A DNA stretch of 64,000 bases from Promethearchaeota archaeon (lineage in GTDB: Archaea; Asgardarchaeota; Lokiarchaeia; Sigyniarchaeales; SOKP01). The stretch covers positions 16,989-80,988 of the forward strand of contig JBHLOC010000016.1 in the NCBI GenBank assembly GCA_048940925.1, given 5' to 3'. A program made the position numbers and the translations under genes. Below, piece after piece: positions 40,904 through 49,688 of the stretch; positions within the stretch are counted from its first letter, which is position 1; every line of letters starts with the position of its first letter. A model generated the notes under the pieces. That model ran no database searches. It was not told the DNA's origin and worked only from the letters and a program-made list of their open reading frames with translations.

Positions 40904-42514
40904 ATGATGGATAGAAAAAAGAAATTAAATAGATGCTTAATTGGAATCTTTTTATTTCTTTTAATATCTTCTTTTTTAACAATTTCTATTAGACATAATA
41001 TTATGCTAAATAGGAAAAATAATGATAATGAATTAGATGTTGATGTTAAAAAAACTCCGAAACTTTCAAAATTAATTGGAGAAATAAATTTAACAAATTA
41101 TTGGATTAATGAAACTACTCATCCTCATGATTCAATTATCCCAATTGAAGGGAAGATATACAAACCAGTACCCCCTCCTCCTCCATATGATAACTTATCG
41201 GGTGTTAACGTTGCTATTGTTGTTGATGGTAATTTAGATACTAATTACACTGCTCAATCTAATGGAGATGGGGAATTTCAAATTAACTATAGAATTCCCT
41301 TTAAATTAGATATTTATTTAAGTCATAAGATTGAGGTAGAGTGTATTGATGATTTAGGTAATGATGATATTTTTCCAATCAATTTCTTTATTATTTATGT
41401 TAATGCTACTTCCATTTTCGATATAAGTTATAGAGAGAATATTCCTAAACTACCTGGAGAAGATTTTAGAATTGAAGGTTTTTTAAGGTATGATAATATG
41501 GATGGGGATGGTATTCCAGATGCTCAAATAAATTATAATTGGTATAATGGTTCACATAAATGGCCTATGGGGTCATTTTTCACAAATTCTTTTGGATCTC
41601 TTTTAACTAATTTACCAATCCCTTTCGATGCCTATTCACAAATAATTAATTTAAATTTAAGTTATCCTGGAATTCTATACCTTATTGGTAACTCAGAAAT
41701 AGCTATCCCAAAAATTCAATTATTTACAGGTGTAATATGGCAAAATATAGAGATACCAACTAGAGCTTCTGAAGGGGACAACATCACAATCTCAGGACAA
41801 ATCATTTCAAGAGATAATACAACTCTTAAATTATACAATAGAACCGTTCTTATCTCCTATGAAGGAACTCAAGTTGACACTATTGAGACTGATTCAGATG
41901 GATATTTTACTACCACATATACAATTCGATCGGGGGCAGGCAATAGGACTATTCGAATTAGTTTAGACAATACCGCAGGATTAGATATTTCCATTGAACA
42001 TTACATAAATGTTACAGCAGCTATTTATGTTCCTATACCCTCATCTGGTCAACCACCTTTTTTCCTCTTTTCTGTAATATTTTTTCCCATTTTAGCAGTT
42101 ATAATGGGGGTTTTAATTGTATATGGAATACGATATTATAAAAAACAGGAAAAAGGATCTCGTGTAGTTAATTTGCCTCTTGAATCAAAGCTCATTAATC
42201 TTAAAATCCTTAAAGATACGGGAAGATTAGAAGAATCATTATCATATTTGTTTAATGCTATTTTCATGGATTTAATAAATGCAAAATATGGTAGAACTAG
42301 GAAAGAAACTGAGACAATTAGAGATTTTGCAATTATATCTGTAAAAGAATTAAAATTAACTCCTGCCGCAATATACCCATTTATTCAAAAAGTTGAAGAA
42401 GTAATTTATGCAAAACCTTTCAAAATAACTGAAAACGATTTTTATGAGACATGCGGGTTGTTTTCACCAATATATTTTCAATTAACAGGATATAATTTCG
42501 TATTAAATTTTTAA
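40904..42514 (+). CDS. Ig-like repeat membrane protein with C-terminal cytoplasmic DUF4129-like helical domain
   Basis: N-terminal hydrophobic segment, SNGDGEF/TDSDGYF repeats, TM FFLFSVIFFPILAVIMGVLIVYGI, then ETIRDFA...VEEVIYA. Confidence 0.78.
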   Translation: MMDRKKKLNRCLIGIFLFLLISSFLTISIRHNIMLNRKNNDNELDVDVKKTPKLSKLIGEINLTNYWINETTHPHDSIIPIEGKIYKPVPPPPPYDNLSGVNVAIVVDGNLDTNYTAQSNGDGEFQINYRIPFKLDIYLSHKIEVECIDDLGNDDIFPINFFIIYVNATSIFDISYRENIPKLPGEDFRIEGFLRYDNMDGDGIPDAQINYNWYNGSHKWPMGSFFTNSFGSLLTNLPIPFDAYSQIINLNLSYPGILYLIGNSEIAIPKIQLFTGVIWQNIEIPTRASEGDNITISGQIISRDNTTLKLYNRTVLISYEGTQVDTIETDSDGYFTTTYTIRSGAGNRTIRISLDNTAGLDISIEHYINVTAAIYVPIPSSGQPPFFLFSVIFFPILAVIMGVLIVYGIRYYKKQEKGSRVVNLPLESKLINLKILKDTGRLEESLSYLFNAIFMDLINAKYGRTRKETETIRDFAIISVKELKLTPAAIYPFIQKVEEVIYAKPFKITENDFYETCGLFSPIYFQLTGYNFVLNF

Positions 42515-42625
42515 ATTCAAGTTAATCAAAGTACAATAAAAATGAAAAGAAGTACAAAAAATTATAAATTCAAAAAAAATTATTAAATAAATTGTTTAAA
42601 AAAATAACAGAAATAGGTAAAAAAT

Positions 42626-43003
42626 ATGGCGAAAAAGAAGAAAAAGAAACCAGAACCAGAGATTGACATCAAACAGAGACTTGATAATGTCAAAGTATTA
42701 GTAGAATCTAATAGACCCAAGGAAGCTATTGCTTACATATATCTCGTTTATGATGATCTTATCAACATTAAATTTAAAAAACCTAGATTAGCTCATCAGA
42801 CTATTAGAGAATTTGCTATTAACTGTGTAAATGAGTTAGAAAAAAAATTAAAACCAGAATCCGTGTATCCGTTTATTAAAAAAATAGAAGATATCATTTA
42901 TGGTGGAGTCGAACCCACTAATAAAGAATTAAACTTTGCTATCGATTTATTCTCAAATCTTTATAACGAAATTACTGGTAAAACAATCTCGTTTAAAATA
43001 TAA
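42626..43003 (+). CDS. Stand-alone DUF4129-like helical protein, paralog of the preceding gene's C-terminal domain
   Basis: QTIREFAINCVNEL...VYPFIKKIEDIIYG aligns with ETIRDFAIISVKEL...IYPFIQKVEEVIYA. Confidence 0.78.
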   Translation: MAKKKKKKPEPEIDIKQRLDNVKVLVESNRPKEAIAYIYLVYDDLINIKFKKPRLAHQTIREFAINCVNELEKKLKPESVYPFIKKIEDIIYGGVEPTNKELNFAIDLFSNLYNEITGKTISFKI

Positions 43004-43056
43004 AATTATATGAAGAAATACTTTAATAATTTAAGTTTTAAATAATAAAGTTAAGT

Positions 43057-44826
43057 TTGAAAAAAATGGTAAAAGCAGCAAAAGCAACAGAAAAAAGTCT
43101 AAATATTTCAAAAGGGATAGTCTTTACTTTTTTCACTTTTTATCTCATATTCTTTGGGATTTTTATTAGTATTTACTTTAATTCTCCTACAGGTGGAATA
43201 CCGCTTTTTGTAAGTTATTTACCGCTTTTATGTTATGTTGGTGCTGCTTTTTGCGGAATTGCTTTAATTATTTTTATCAGGAATGTAACAACCCATAAAG
43301 TACGTCAAACCCAATCTCGCAAAAAAATAAAAGCAGGATCAGTTTATAAACAAGCCCTCTTCTTAATAATTTTTATTTTTGCATTTATCCCTTTACTATC
43401 TCCTATTATTGACAGAGGAGTTAATAATCAAAACTTCTCAGTCTATAATAATAGATGGAATGGTTGTTCAGAGTTTAAACGAACTATAGAACAAGCAGGA
43501 TATAATGTAATGACTGTACAATCAAGTTTAAGTACTACTCAACGACTAAATCAATCAATTTTATTAATTTTAATGGGTCCTAATATGTTTTATGACCCAG
43601 TTTTTGAAATACCATACTTTATAGATTTCTTTAATGGTAGAAATTCTTTATTGTTATGTCACGACCATGGATCTACAAGTACTTTACTATGGGAGATCTT
43701 TGTTGCTAATATGCTTAATTTCGGGAATCAAAATTCCACAGGAATATTCCCTGTAACCATTTTTCCCAATGGTATTTTACGTGATAATGCTTCTTATGAT
43801 ACTACACCCGAATTTCCCGTTATTAGAACATTTGATTATTCCCATCCTACAACATCTGGAATTGATGAAGTTATTCTTTCAGTTGCATCTTGTGCTGCAG
43901 GAGGACCCCTCGTAGAATTTTTTGGATGGGATGTTGTAGGATCTGCTAGTGAATTATACAGCTGGGTAGATAAAAAACCTTTCAATGGAAAGGTAGATCC
44001 TGAAATTGATGTTCTTGACCTGGGATTCATCGGTGAAACGCTCACAGGTTTTCCTAGTGAATTATTAAAGCTACCACTCTATAGTCCATTTACCCCTCAT
44101 GTATTCTTAGCGAAGGAATTCGGAAACTCTAGGGTGTTCGTGTCAGCAGATGCTAGTCTTTTTAATAACGAATTAATTGATGAAAATCTTGGATATGATA
44201 ATAAGCAATTTGGCATAAATATAGTAGAATGGCTAACATATACGGATCTTGGAGTTGATAAAGATAATTGGGTTGTGGTTTTTGATGAGGCTCATATTCG
44301 TCCCGAAAAGTCGAGAGATTTGTCTTCAGCTGGTATATATGGATTTATAATGCAATACATAGTACATCTTTCAACAAATCCTATTACTGCATGGATCTAT
44401 CCACTCCTCGCAGTCTATACTTTAAAAAGATATCTTCCTAAAAAAGATAAACAGAAAGAACAAGAAAAAGTTGCAGAAGAAGAAGAAAAGAAAGAAGAAA
44501 AAGCACGATTTAGAACATCTTCATTTTTTGCACAAAAAATTGAAGAATTTAAAGACAAAGCGAAATATGGTGAAGCATTGCTATTACTCTATAGAAGACT
44601 GGAAAGAAAATTACATGCATTATTACGAGGTGAAAAAATTTCAACAAAAAGGGTAATTGATATGGTGATTGCTAAAGATCCATCATCAACTAAACTAAAA
44701 ATAAGAAGATTATCCAGATTTATGGATAGAATTTTAGCTATTAAAGAAGGTAAATACAAAGTTAGAACTGAAGACGATTTTGAAGAAATATTTTTCGAAA
44801 TGAGTTGGGCAGTGAATAATATATAA
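43057..44826 (+). CDS. DUF4350-like membrane protein
   Basis: Three N-terminal TMs, FSVYNNRWNGCSEF, GNSRVFVSADASLFNNE, DNKQF, VVFDEAH, a TM and a charged helical tail. Confidence 0.78.
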   Translation: MKKMVKAAKATEKSLNISKGIVFTFFTFYLIFFGIFISIYFNSPTGGIPLFVSYLPLLCYVGAAFCGIALIIFIRNVTTHKVRQTQSRKKIKAGSVYKQALFLIIFIFAFIPLLSPIIDRGVNNQNFSVYNNRWNGCSEFKRTIEQAGYNVMTVQSSLSTTQRLNQSILLILMGPNMFYDPVFEIPYFIDFFNGRNSLLLCHDHGSTSTLLWEIFVANMLNFGNQNSTGIFPVTIFPNGILRDNASYDTTPEFPVIRTFDYSHPTTSGIDEVILSVASCAAGGPLVEFFGWDVVGSASELYSWVDKKPFNGKVDPEIDVLDLGFIGETLTGFPSELLKLPLYSPFTPHVFLAKEFGNSRVFVSADASLFNNELIDENLGYDNKQFGINIVEWLTYTDLGVDKDNWVVVFDEAHIRPEKSRDLSSAGIYGFIMQYIVHLSTNPITAWIYPLLAVYTLKRYLPKKDKQKEQEKVAEEEEKKEEKARFRTSSFFAQKIEEFKDKAKYGEALLLLYRRLERKLHALLRGEKISTKRVIDMVIAKDPSSTKLKIRRLSRFMDRILAIKEGKYKVRTEDDFEEIFFEMSWAVNNI

Positions 44827-44909
44827 ATAAATTAAATAAAAAATTTAAAATTCAAATAAAATTGTAAAAAACATTAAAAATAAAATAAAAAATAAGAGGT
44901 TATAAAAGT

Positions 44910-45890
44910 ATGGAAACACAGGATAAAGCAAAATACTATGAAAGAGAAGAAATTGATGTAACACCAATTCGTGAAATAGCACAAGAAGTTCTGAGCGAAG
45001 TTTCAAGAGTTATTGTTGGTTATGGAGAAATCCTTCAACAGCTTTTTGTTGCTTTGTTAGTTAATGGTCATGTTCTCCTCGAAGGTGTACCAGGTTTAGG
45101 TAAAACTGTCATGGCCAAAACATTTGCCGCTACGTTAGGAATTAGTTTTAGAAGAGTTCAGTTTACACCTGACTTACTCCCTGCAGATATAACTGGTACT
45201 AAAATATTTGATCAAAATGAAGGTGCTTTTGTACTTCAAAAAGGACCTATATTTGCAAATGTAGTACTTGCTGATGAAATTAATAGGAGTGCACCTAAAA
45301 CTCAAGCTGCTTTACTTGAAGCTATGGCTGAAAGACAGGTAACTATAGAAGGTCAAACCCTCGCACTTGAAAAACCATTTATCGTCATAGCTACAGAAAA
45401 TCCTGTAGAAATGGAAGGAACTTACCCATTGCCAGAAGCACAAGTGGATCGATTTTTGTTTAAACTTTGGTTAGATTATCCAGAAGATACTGAAGAGGTG
45501 GAAATTATGAGACGACAATTATCAGGTGAATCTCCTTCAGTTGAAGCAATAACTGCAGGAGAGGAAATATTAGCAGCACAAAAAATTATGAATCTAGTTT
45601 ATATTGATGATAGAATTCTAAAATATATCCGAGATATCACAATTAAAACGCGAAACCATCCTCAAATCGCTCTAGGATGTGGACCCAGAGCTTCACTCAC
45701 TTTAATGAAATGTGCTAAAGCACGTGCTGCAATACTTGGTCGAACTTATGTTACTCCTGATGATGTGCGTGCATTAATCATACCTGCATTGAATCATAGA
45801 GTTCTTTTAAAACCCGAAGCAGAATTAGAAGGTTTAGATACTCAGAGTGTATTAAAATCGATCATAGAAGAAATTCCAGTACCCATCTAA
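44910..45890 (+). CDS. moxR: MoxR-proper AAA+ ATPase
   Basis: GHVLLEGVPGLGKT, RVQFTPDLLPADITG, LADEINRSAPKTQAALLEAM, NPVEMEGTYPLPEAQVDRF and LNHR. Confidence 0.96.
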   Translation: METQDKAKYYEREEIDVTPIREIAQEVLSEVSRVIVGYGEILQQLFVALLVNGHVLLEGVPGLGKTVMAKTFAATLGISFRRVQFTPDLLPADITGTKIFDQNEGAFVLQKGPIFANVVLADEINRSAPKTQAALLEAMAERQVTIEGQTLALEKPFIVIATENPVEMEGTYPLPEAQVDRFLFKLWLDYPEDTEEVEIMRRQLSGESPSVEAITAGEEILAAQKIMNLVYIDDRILKYIRDITIKTRNHPQIALGCGPRASLTLMKCAKARAAILGRTYVTPDDVRALIIPALNHRVLLKPEAELEGLDTQSVLKSIIEEIPVPI

Positions 45891-45941
45891 TTCACGAATT
45901 TTTTTAATTTTTTATAAAATGATTAAATATAATGAAGAGAC

Positions 45942-45946
45942 GGTGA
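45942..45946 (+). promoter_or_regulatory. Shine-Dalgarno motif GGTGA upstream of the proposed ATT start of the DUF58 gene
   Basis: GGTGA, a 6-nt spacer, then ATT at 45953, in frame with ORF 46100..47281. Confidence 0.62.
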
Positions 45947-45952
45947 AACAAT

Positions 45953-47281
45953 ATTTTAGGTGGAAAAGGTAGAAGTTTAATTTTATTCGCAGTTTTTTTT
46001 CTTACAGCTGGATTTGCTTTTGAAAATTACTTTCTAGTATACTTTGCTGTATTATTACTTTTTAGTACTATTATCAGCTTACCGGTTTTCCACTATAAAA
46101 TGAACGTTGAAGAATTATTAGTCCATCGAGAATTAGAAAAAGAGAAAGTATTTAAAGATGATTTTGTCCATGTAAAAGTAATCATTGAAAATATTGGGAA
46201 TGCCAGTTTTGATTTTCTTGAAATCAGAGATAGTTTTAACCCCCAGCTGTTTAGATTAATTTTAGGTGAAAATTTTATTTCAACTCGAATCGGTCCCAAA
46301 GAAATAGTTAAATTTTCATATGTTCTTGAACCAAGAGTTAGGGGAGAATATGCGCTTGGACCATTGTCTGTAATAGTTAAAGATAGATTAGGTTTTAATT
46401 CATTAGAACGAATAGTTCCTGATAGTGTAACTGATATATTAATATATCCCCCATATGAAGATATTAAAAGAATTGAAATATTAGGTTCCAAAAGATCTTT
46501 ACAATTAAACTATGGTTTACAGAGATCAAAGCAAAAGGGTCTTGGATCAGAATTTTATGGCATGAGAAAATATGTTTTTGGGGACCAATTTAGATTAATA
46601 GATTGGAAAGCAAGTGCTCGAGCTCAAACCTTAATAGTAAAAGAATTTGAGAGTGAAAGAGATGTAACTGTTATGATTTTAGTAGATTCTTCAGAAACTA
46701 TGGCGGGAGGGGCAATTGAAAATACTAAATTTGAATATGCAATTAGATCATGCATGCTTTTAACTAAAGTAGCTTTAACACGAAGAGATAACGTTGGAGT
46801 GTTTACGTTTTCTGATAAGAAGAATTTCAATTTCTTAAAACCAAATAGTGGCGAGGAACATTTTTATCAAGTGTTAGATTTTGTTGCTCGAGTAAAACCA
46901 GAAGGAAAATGTAGAATTGTAGAAGCCCTTGATTATTTCACACGAAGATTTCAGAAACGAAGTTTAGTTTTCATTATATCTGATTTAGAAGCAAATCCCA
47001 AAGAAATCAGTCAAGCAGTAAAAAAGCTTATACCCTTCAATCATTCTGTAATAATAATCAATCCCTTTAGTCCTTGGTTTGAAATTCATGAGATTGATCT
47101 ATCATCAACAGATAAAGCGTTAGCAGAAGCGATAAGCGAGGCAATGATGGAACATGTTTTAACAATTAAACAAGAACTTCGAAATCTAGGTATAAATATT
47201 ATAACGTGTGGACCCGATGATATGATGAATCAAGTCTTAGGTAATTACATGGAAGCGAAAAAGAAAGGGAGGGCGTTTTAA
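45953..47281 (+). CDS. DUF58 / vWA-like membrane protein (ORF track start 46100, proposed true start ATT 45953)
   Basis: RGEYALGP, GSEFYGMRKYVFGDQFRLIDWKASAR, VKEFESE, DSSETM and ISDL. The upstream in-frame extension LGGKGRSLILFAVFFLTAGFAFENYFLVYFAVLLLFSTIISLP supplies the expected two TMs. Confidence 0.88.
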   Translation: MLGGKGRSLILFAVFFLTAGFAFENYFLVYFAVLLLFSTIISLPVFHYKMNVEELLVHRELEKEKVFKDDFVHVKVIIENIGNASFDFLEIRDSFNPQLFRLILGENFISTRIGPKEIVKFSYVLEPRVRGEYALGPLSVIVKDRLGFNSLERIVPDSVTDILIYPPYEDIKRIEILGSKRSLQLNYGLQRSKQKGLGSEFYGMRKYVFGDQFRLIDWKASARAQTLIVKEFESERDVTVMILVDSSETMAGGAIENTKFEYAIRSCMLLTKVALTRRDNVGVFTFSDKKNFNFLKPNSGEEHFYQVLDFVARVKPEGKCRIVEALDYFTRRFQKRSLVFIISDLEANPKEISQAVKKLIPFNHSVIIINPFSPWFEIHEIDLSSTDKALAEAISEAMMEHVLTIKQELRNLGINIITCGPDDMMNQVLGNYMEAKKKGRAF

Positions 47282-47284
47282 AGC

Positions 47285-48727
47285 ATGGTGCGAAGTTATT
47301 TATTGACGTTAAAAATTATTAATGTGGTAGTGTATATTTGGCTATTCTTGATATTTCTCATATCAATTTTTCATTTTGATGTGGTAATAAGAACTGCAGA
47401 TGACGAATTCGTCATATTGGCATTCTTTGAAGCGATTAGAAATGTATTTTCTTACTTGATATATGGAGTAGGTCTAGCTATTGCCTATGCTTGCGCTTTC
47501 TTCACTGCGGGTATGTATAGTGCCGATTTATTTGAATTTGTTAATTTATTCTTTCAGAAATATTTAAGCTCATGGTTTATGATTGAAGCACCAAATTTAC
47601 AAGACATTCCTAATCTAATTTCAAGCGAATTGGGAATATTATTTAATGATTTTTATTTATTTGCATTTCAATTGTTATTTGTAATTTCTATTGTTTATGC
47701 CATTAGAGCATTTTTCAAAAGCGATCCAAAAACTTATCTTATCTCTCTTGGTTCGATAATTCTTATGATTATCCTCCCACTCATGATAATTGGTTTGAAA
47801 GATTTGTTAGATTTGTTAAATTTTCGATTTCAATATATAGATCAAATGGCAAGCGCAAACCCGCTTGATCAAAGTTTATTTGAAATCCCAATAGATAATT
47901 TCTTTCTATTTATATCAAGTCCAGTTATTCTTTTTGCCATTATCTCTTATATATATTTAGAGTTAGCATTTCAAATTGATTATACAGAAATTGTTACTAA
48001 ACCTTCTTTAGAAAGGAGTGATAGGTTAGAAGCACAATTAAATATTTTAGAACGAGAATCACATTTCGTAATAGCAAATGTTGATAAAATTAAAGAAGAG
48101 GCTAAGAAAAGAAGAGAAGAAATTGAAGCAGAACAAAAGGAAGGTTTAGCAATAACAAAATTCTTTGCAAAAACCGGTAAGCGATTCTCATATGTCAAAG
48201 AAATGATAGAAAGAAGGAAATTAGAAGAAGAAGAAAAAAAATTAGTAACTGCTGCTTCTAAAACGAGAAGGCTTGGACGATATATCGAACGACTTTTTAG
48301 GGAGGATTTAGAAGCTAGAGATACTTTAACCGCAAGGTCTTCAGCACCTCGGGCTATAAATTTAATAACATCAACTGCAATTAATTTTACATATCGAGTA
48401 GGTTTACTCTTGATAATAAGTTTTATTATCATCCATCCTCTTTGGTTTTTTAAAACGATTATTCAGTTACCAGATTCAATTACTGAAAGTGTTGCGATGT
48501 ATTCCCCAGAGGTAATCATAATACTATTACTTCCAATTATGCTTCTCTTCCCTGTAATTTCTCAATTGATATCATTTATTAAACATCGTAATTTAATAAT
48601 TAGATTGCAACAGGAGGGGCGTATCAAGGAGATTCTTGCATCTGTTGGGGATTATGTTAAAGTTGAGGAGGAAAAAGTAGAAGATCAAAAAGTAGGAACT
48701 GAAGAAGTCGTTACAGAAACAACTTAG
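47285..48727 (+). CDS. Hypothetical polytopic membrane protein with charged coiled-coil loop
   Basis: About 7 hydrophobic segments flanking a ~130-aa charged helical region. Starts 3 nt after the DUF58 stop. Confidence 0.75.
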   Translation: MVRSYLLTLKIINVVVYIWLFLIFLISIFHFDVVIRTADDEFVILAFFEAIRNVFSYLIYGVGLAIAYACAFFTAGMYSADLFEFVNLFFQKYLSSWFMIEAPNLQDIPNLISSELGILFNDFYLFAFQLLFVISIVYAIRAFFKSDPKTYLISLGSIILMIILPLMIIGLKDLLDLLNFRFQYIDQMASANPLDQSLFEIPIDNFFLFISSPVILFAIISYIYLELAFQIDYTEIVTKPSLERSDRLEAQLNILERESHFVIANVDKIKEEAKKRREEIEAEQKEGLAITKFFAKTGKRFSYVKEMIERRKLEEEEKKLVTAASKTRRLGRYIERLFREDLEARDTLTARSSAPRAINLITSTAINFTYRVGLLLIISFIIIHPLWFFKTIIQLPDSITESVAMYSPEVIIILLLPIMLLFPVISQLISFIKHRNLIIRLQQEGRIKEILASVGDYVKVEEEKVEDQKVGTEEVVTETT

Positions 48728-48744
48728 TTTCATTTTTTTTTTAT

Positions 48745-49677
48745 TTAAGGTAAATTGATCATAAACTGAGCCAATTGAATTTTCTTTTCTATATTTGTCA
48801 TGAGAGTATCATAACAATAAGTTCTAATTCCTAATTTCTCAATTTCTGGTTTTAATTCACAATCTTTATTATCTATTATAAAATGACCAATAATGTTCCT
48901 ATAAAAGTTTGCTACTCCTACACAAGAAACTTCTAAACCTAAAGATTTCATTAGTTTATCAGCAGGACCTTTAACAGTCGTTCCTTTTATTATTGGGCTA
49001 ATCGCATAAACTTTTTTCTTAACTTTTAAAAGAATATCTTTAATTCCCTTTACTTTTAGTATGGTATCGATTGACACAATCGGATTAGATGGACAAATGA
49101 TAATTCTTTTCGCCTTATTGATATATTCTAATATTCCCTTAACAGGTTTAGCTTCTTTGATTCCTCTTAATTCTACTCCTAAAACTTCTGGTTTACATTG
49201 ATATTTTATATAATATTTTTCAAAATGCATAGATTCTATACTAGTTTTAATATATGTTTCAACTGGTTCATTAGACATAGGAATTATCTGAGACTTAACT
49301 CCAAAACATTTGCAAATCTTAGCTGTGATCTCTGCTTTACTAAAACCTTTTCTATACAAGTCTGTTCGATAGATATGAGTTGCTAAATCCTTATCACCAG
49401 CATTAAACCATCCTGTATTATAAAATTTTCTTAGAATACTTAAACAATTAAATGTTTCTTCAGCAAATCCCCATCCCTTTTCCTTATCAACTAAATTTGA
49501 TAGTGTATAAATTATTATATCCAAATCAGGACAAATTTTCAAACCGAATAAATCAATATCATCACCTGTATTCACAATAATTTTTAACAGTTCAGGACTT
49601 ACTACATTTGCCAATCCTTCAATAAATTTGGCAGCACCAACACCTCCAGCTAGGAGTAAATAGAAGTCTCTATTCAT
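48745..49677 (-). CDS. cofD: 2-phospho-L-lactate transferase CofD/FbiA (F420 biosynthesis)
   Basis: LAGGVGAAKF, NTGDD, ICPDLD, GDKDLATH, CPSNPIVSI and VKGPADKLM. Confidence 0.95.
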   Translation of the reverse strand: MNRDFYLLLAGGVGAAKFIEGLANVVSPELLKIIVNTGDDIDLFGLKICPDLDIIIYTLSNLVDKEKGWGFAEETFNCLSILRKFYNTGWFNAGDKDLATHIYRTDLYRKGFSKAEITAKICKCFGVKSQIIPMSNEPVETYIKTSIESMHFEKYYIKYQCKPEVLGVELRGIKEAKPVKGILEYINKAKRIIICPSNPIVSIDTILKVKGIKDILLKVKKKVYAISPIIKGTTVKGPADKLMKSLGLEVSCVGVANFYRNIIGHFIIDNKDCELKPEIEKLGIRTYCYDTLMTNIEKKIQLAQFMINLP

Positions 49678-49688
49678 GATTTTTGGTA

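Noticed and set aside
45932-45952. Possible selenocysteine or stop readthrough at in-frame TGA (ATG AAG AGA CGG TGA here; TTG AAA TGG TGA at 1801-1812)
   Set aside because: In both cases the TGA is part of the GGTGA Shine-Dalgarno motif at the spacing used by ATG-started genes. The context is not a redox site, and TGA is a normal stop elsewhere (18829, 26403, 31650). Not formally excluded without proteomics.
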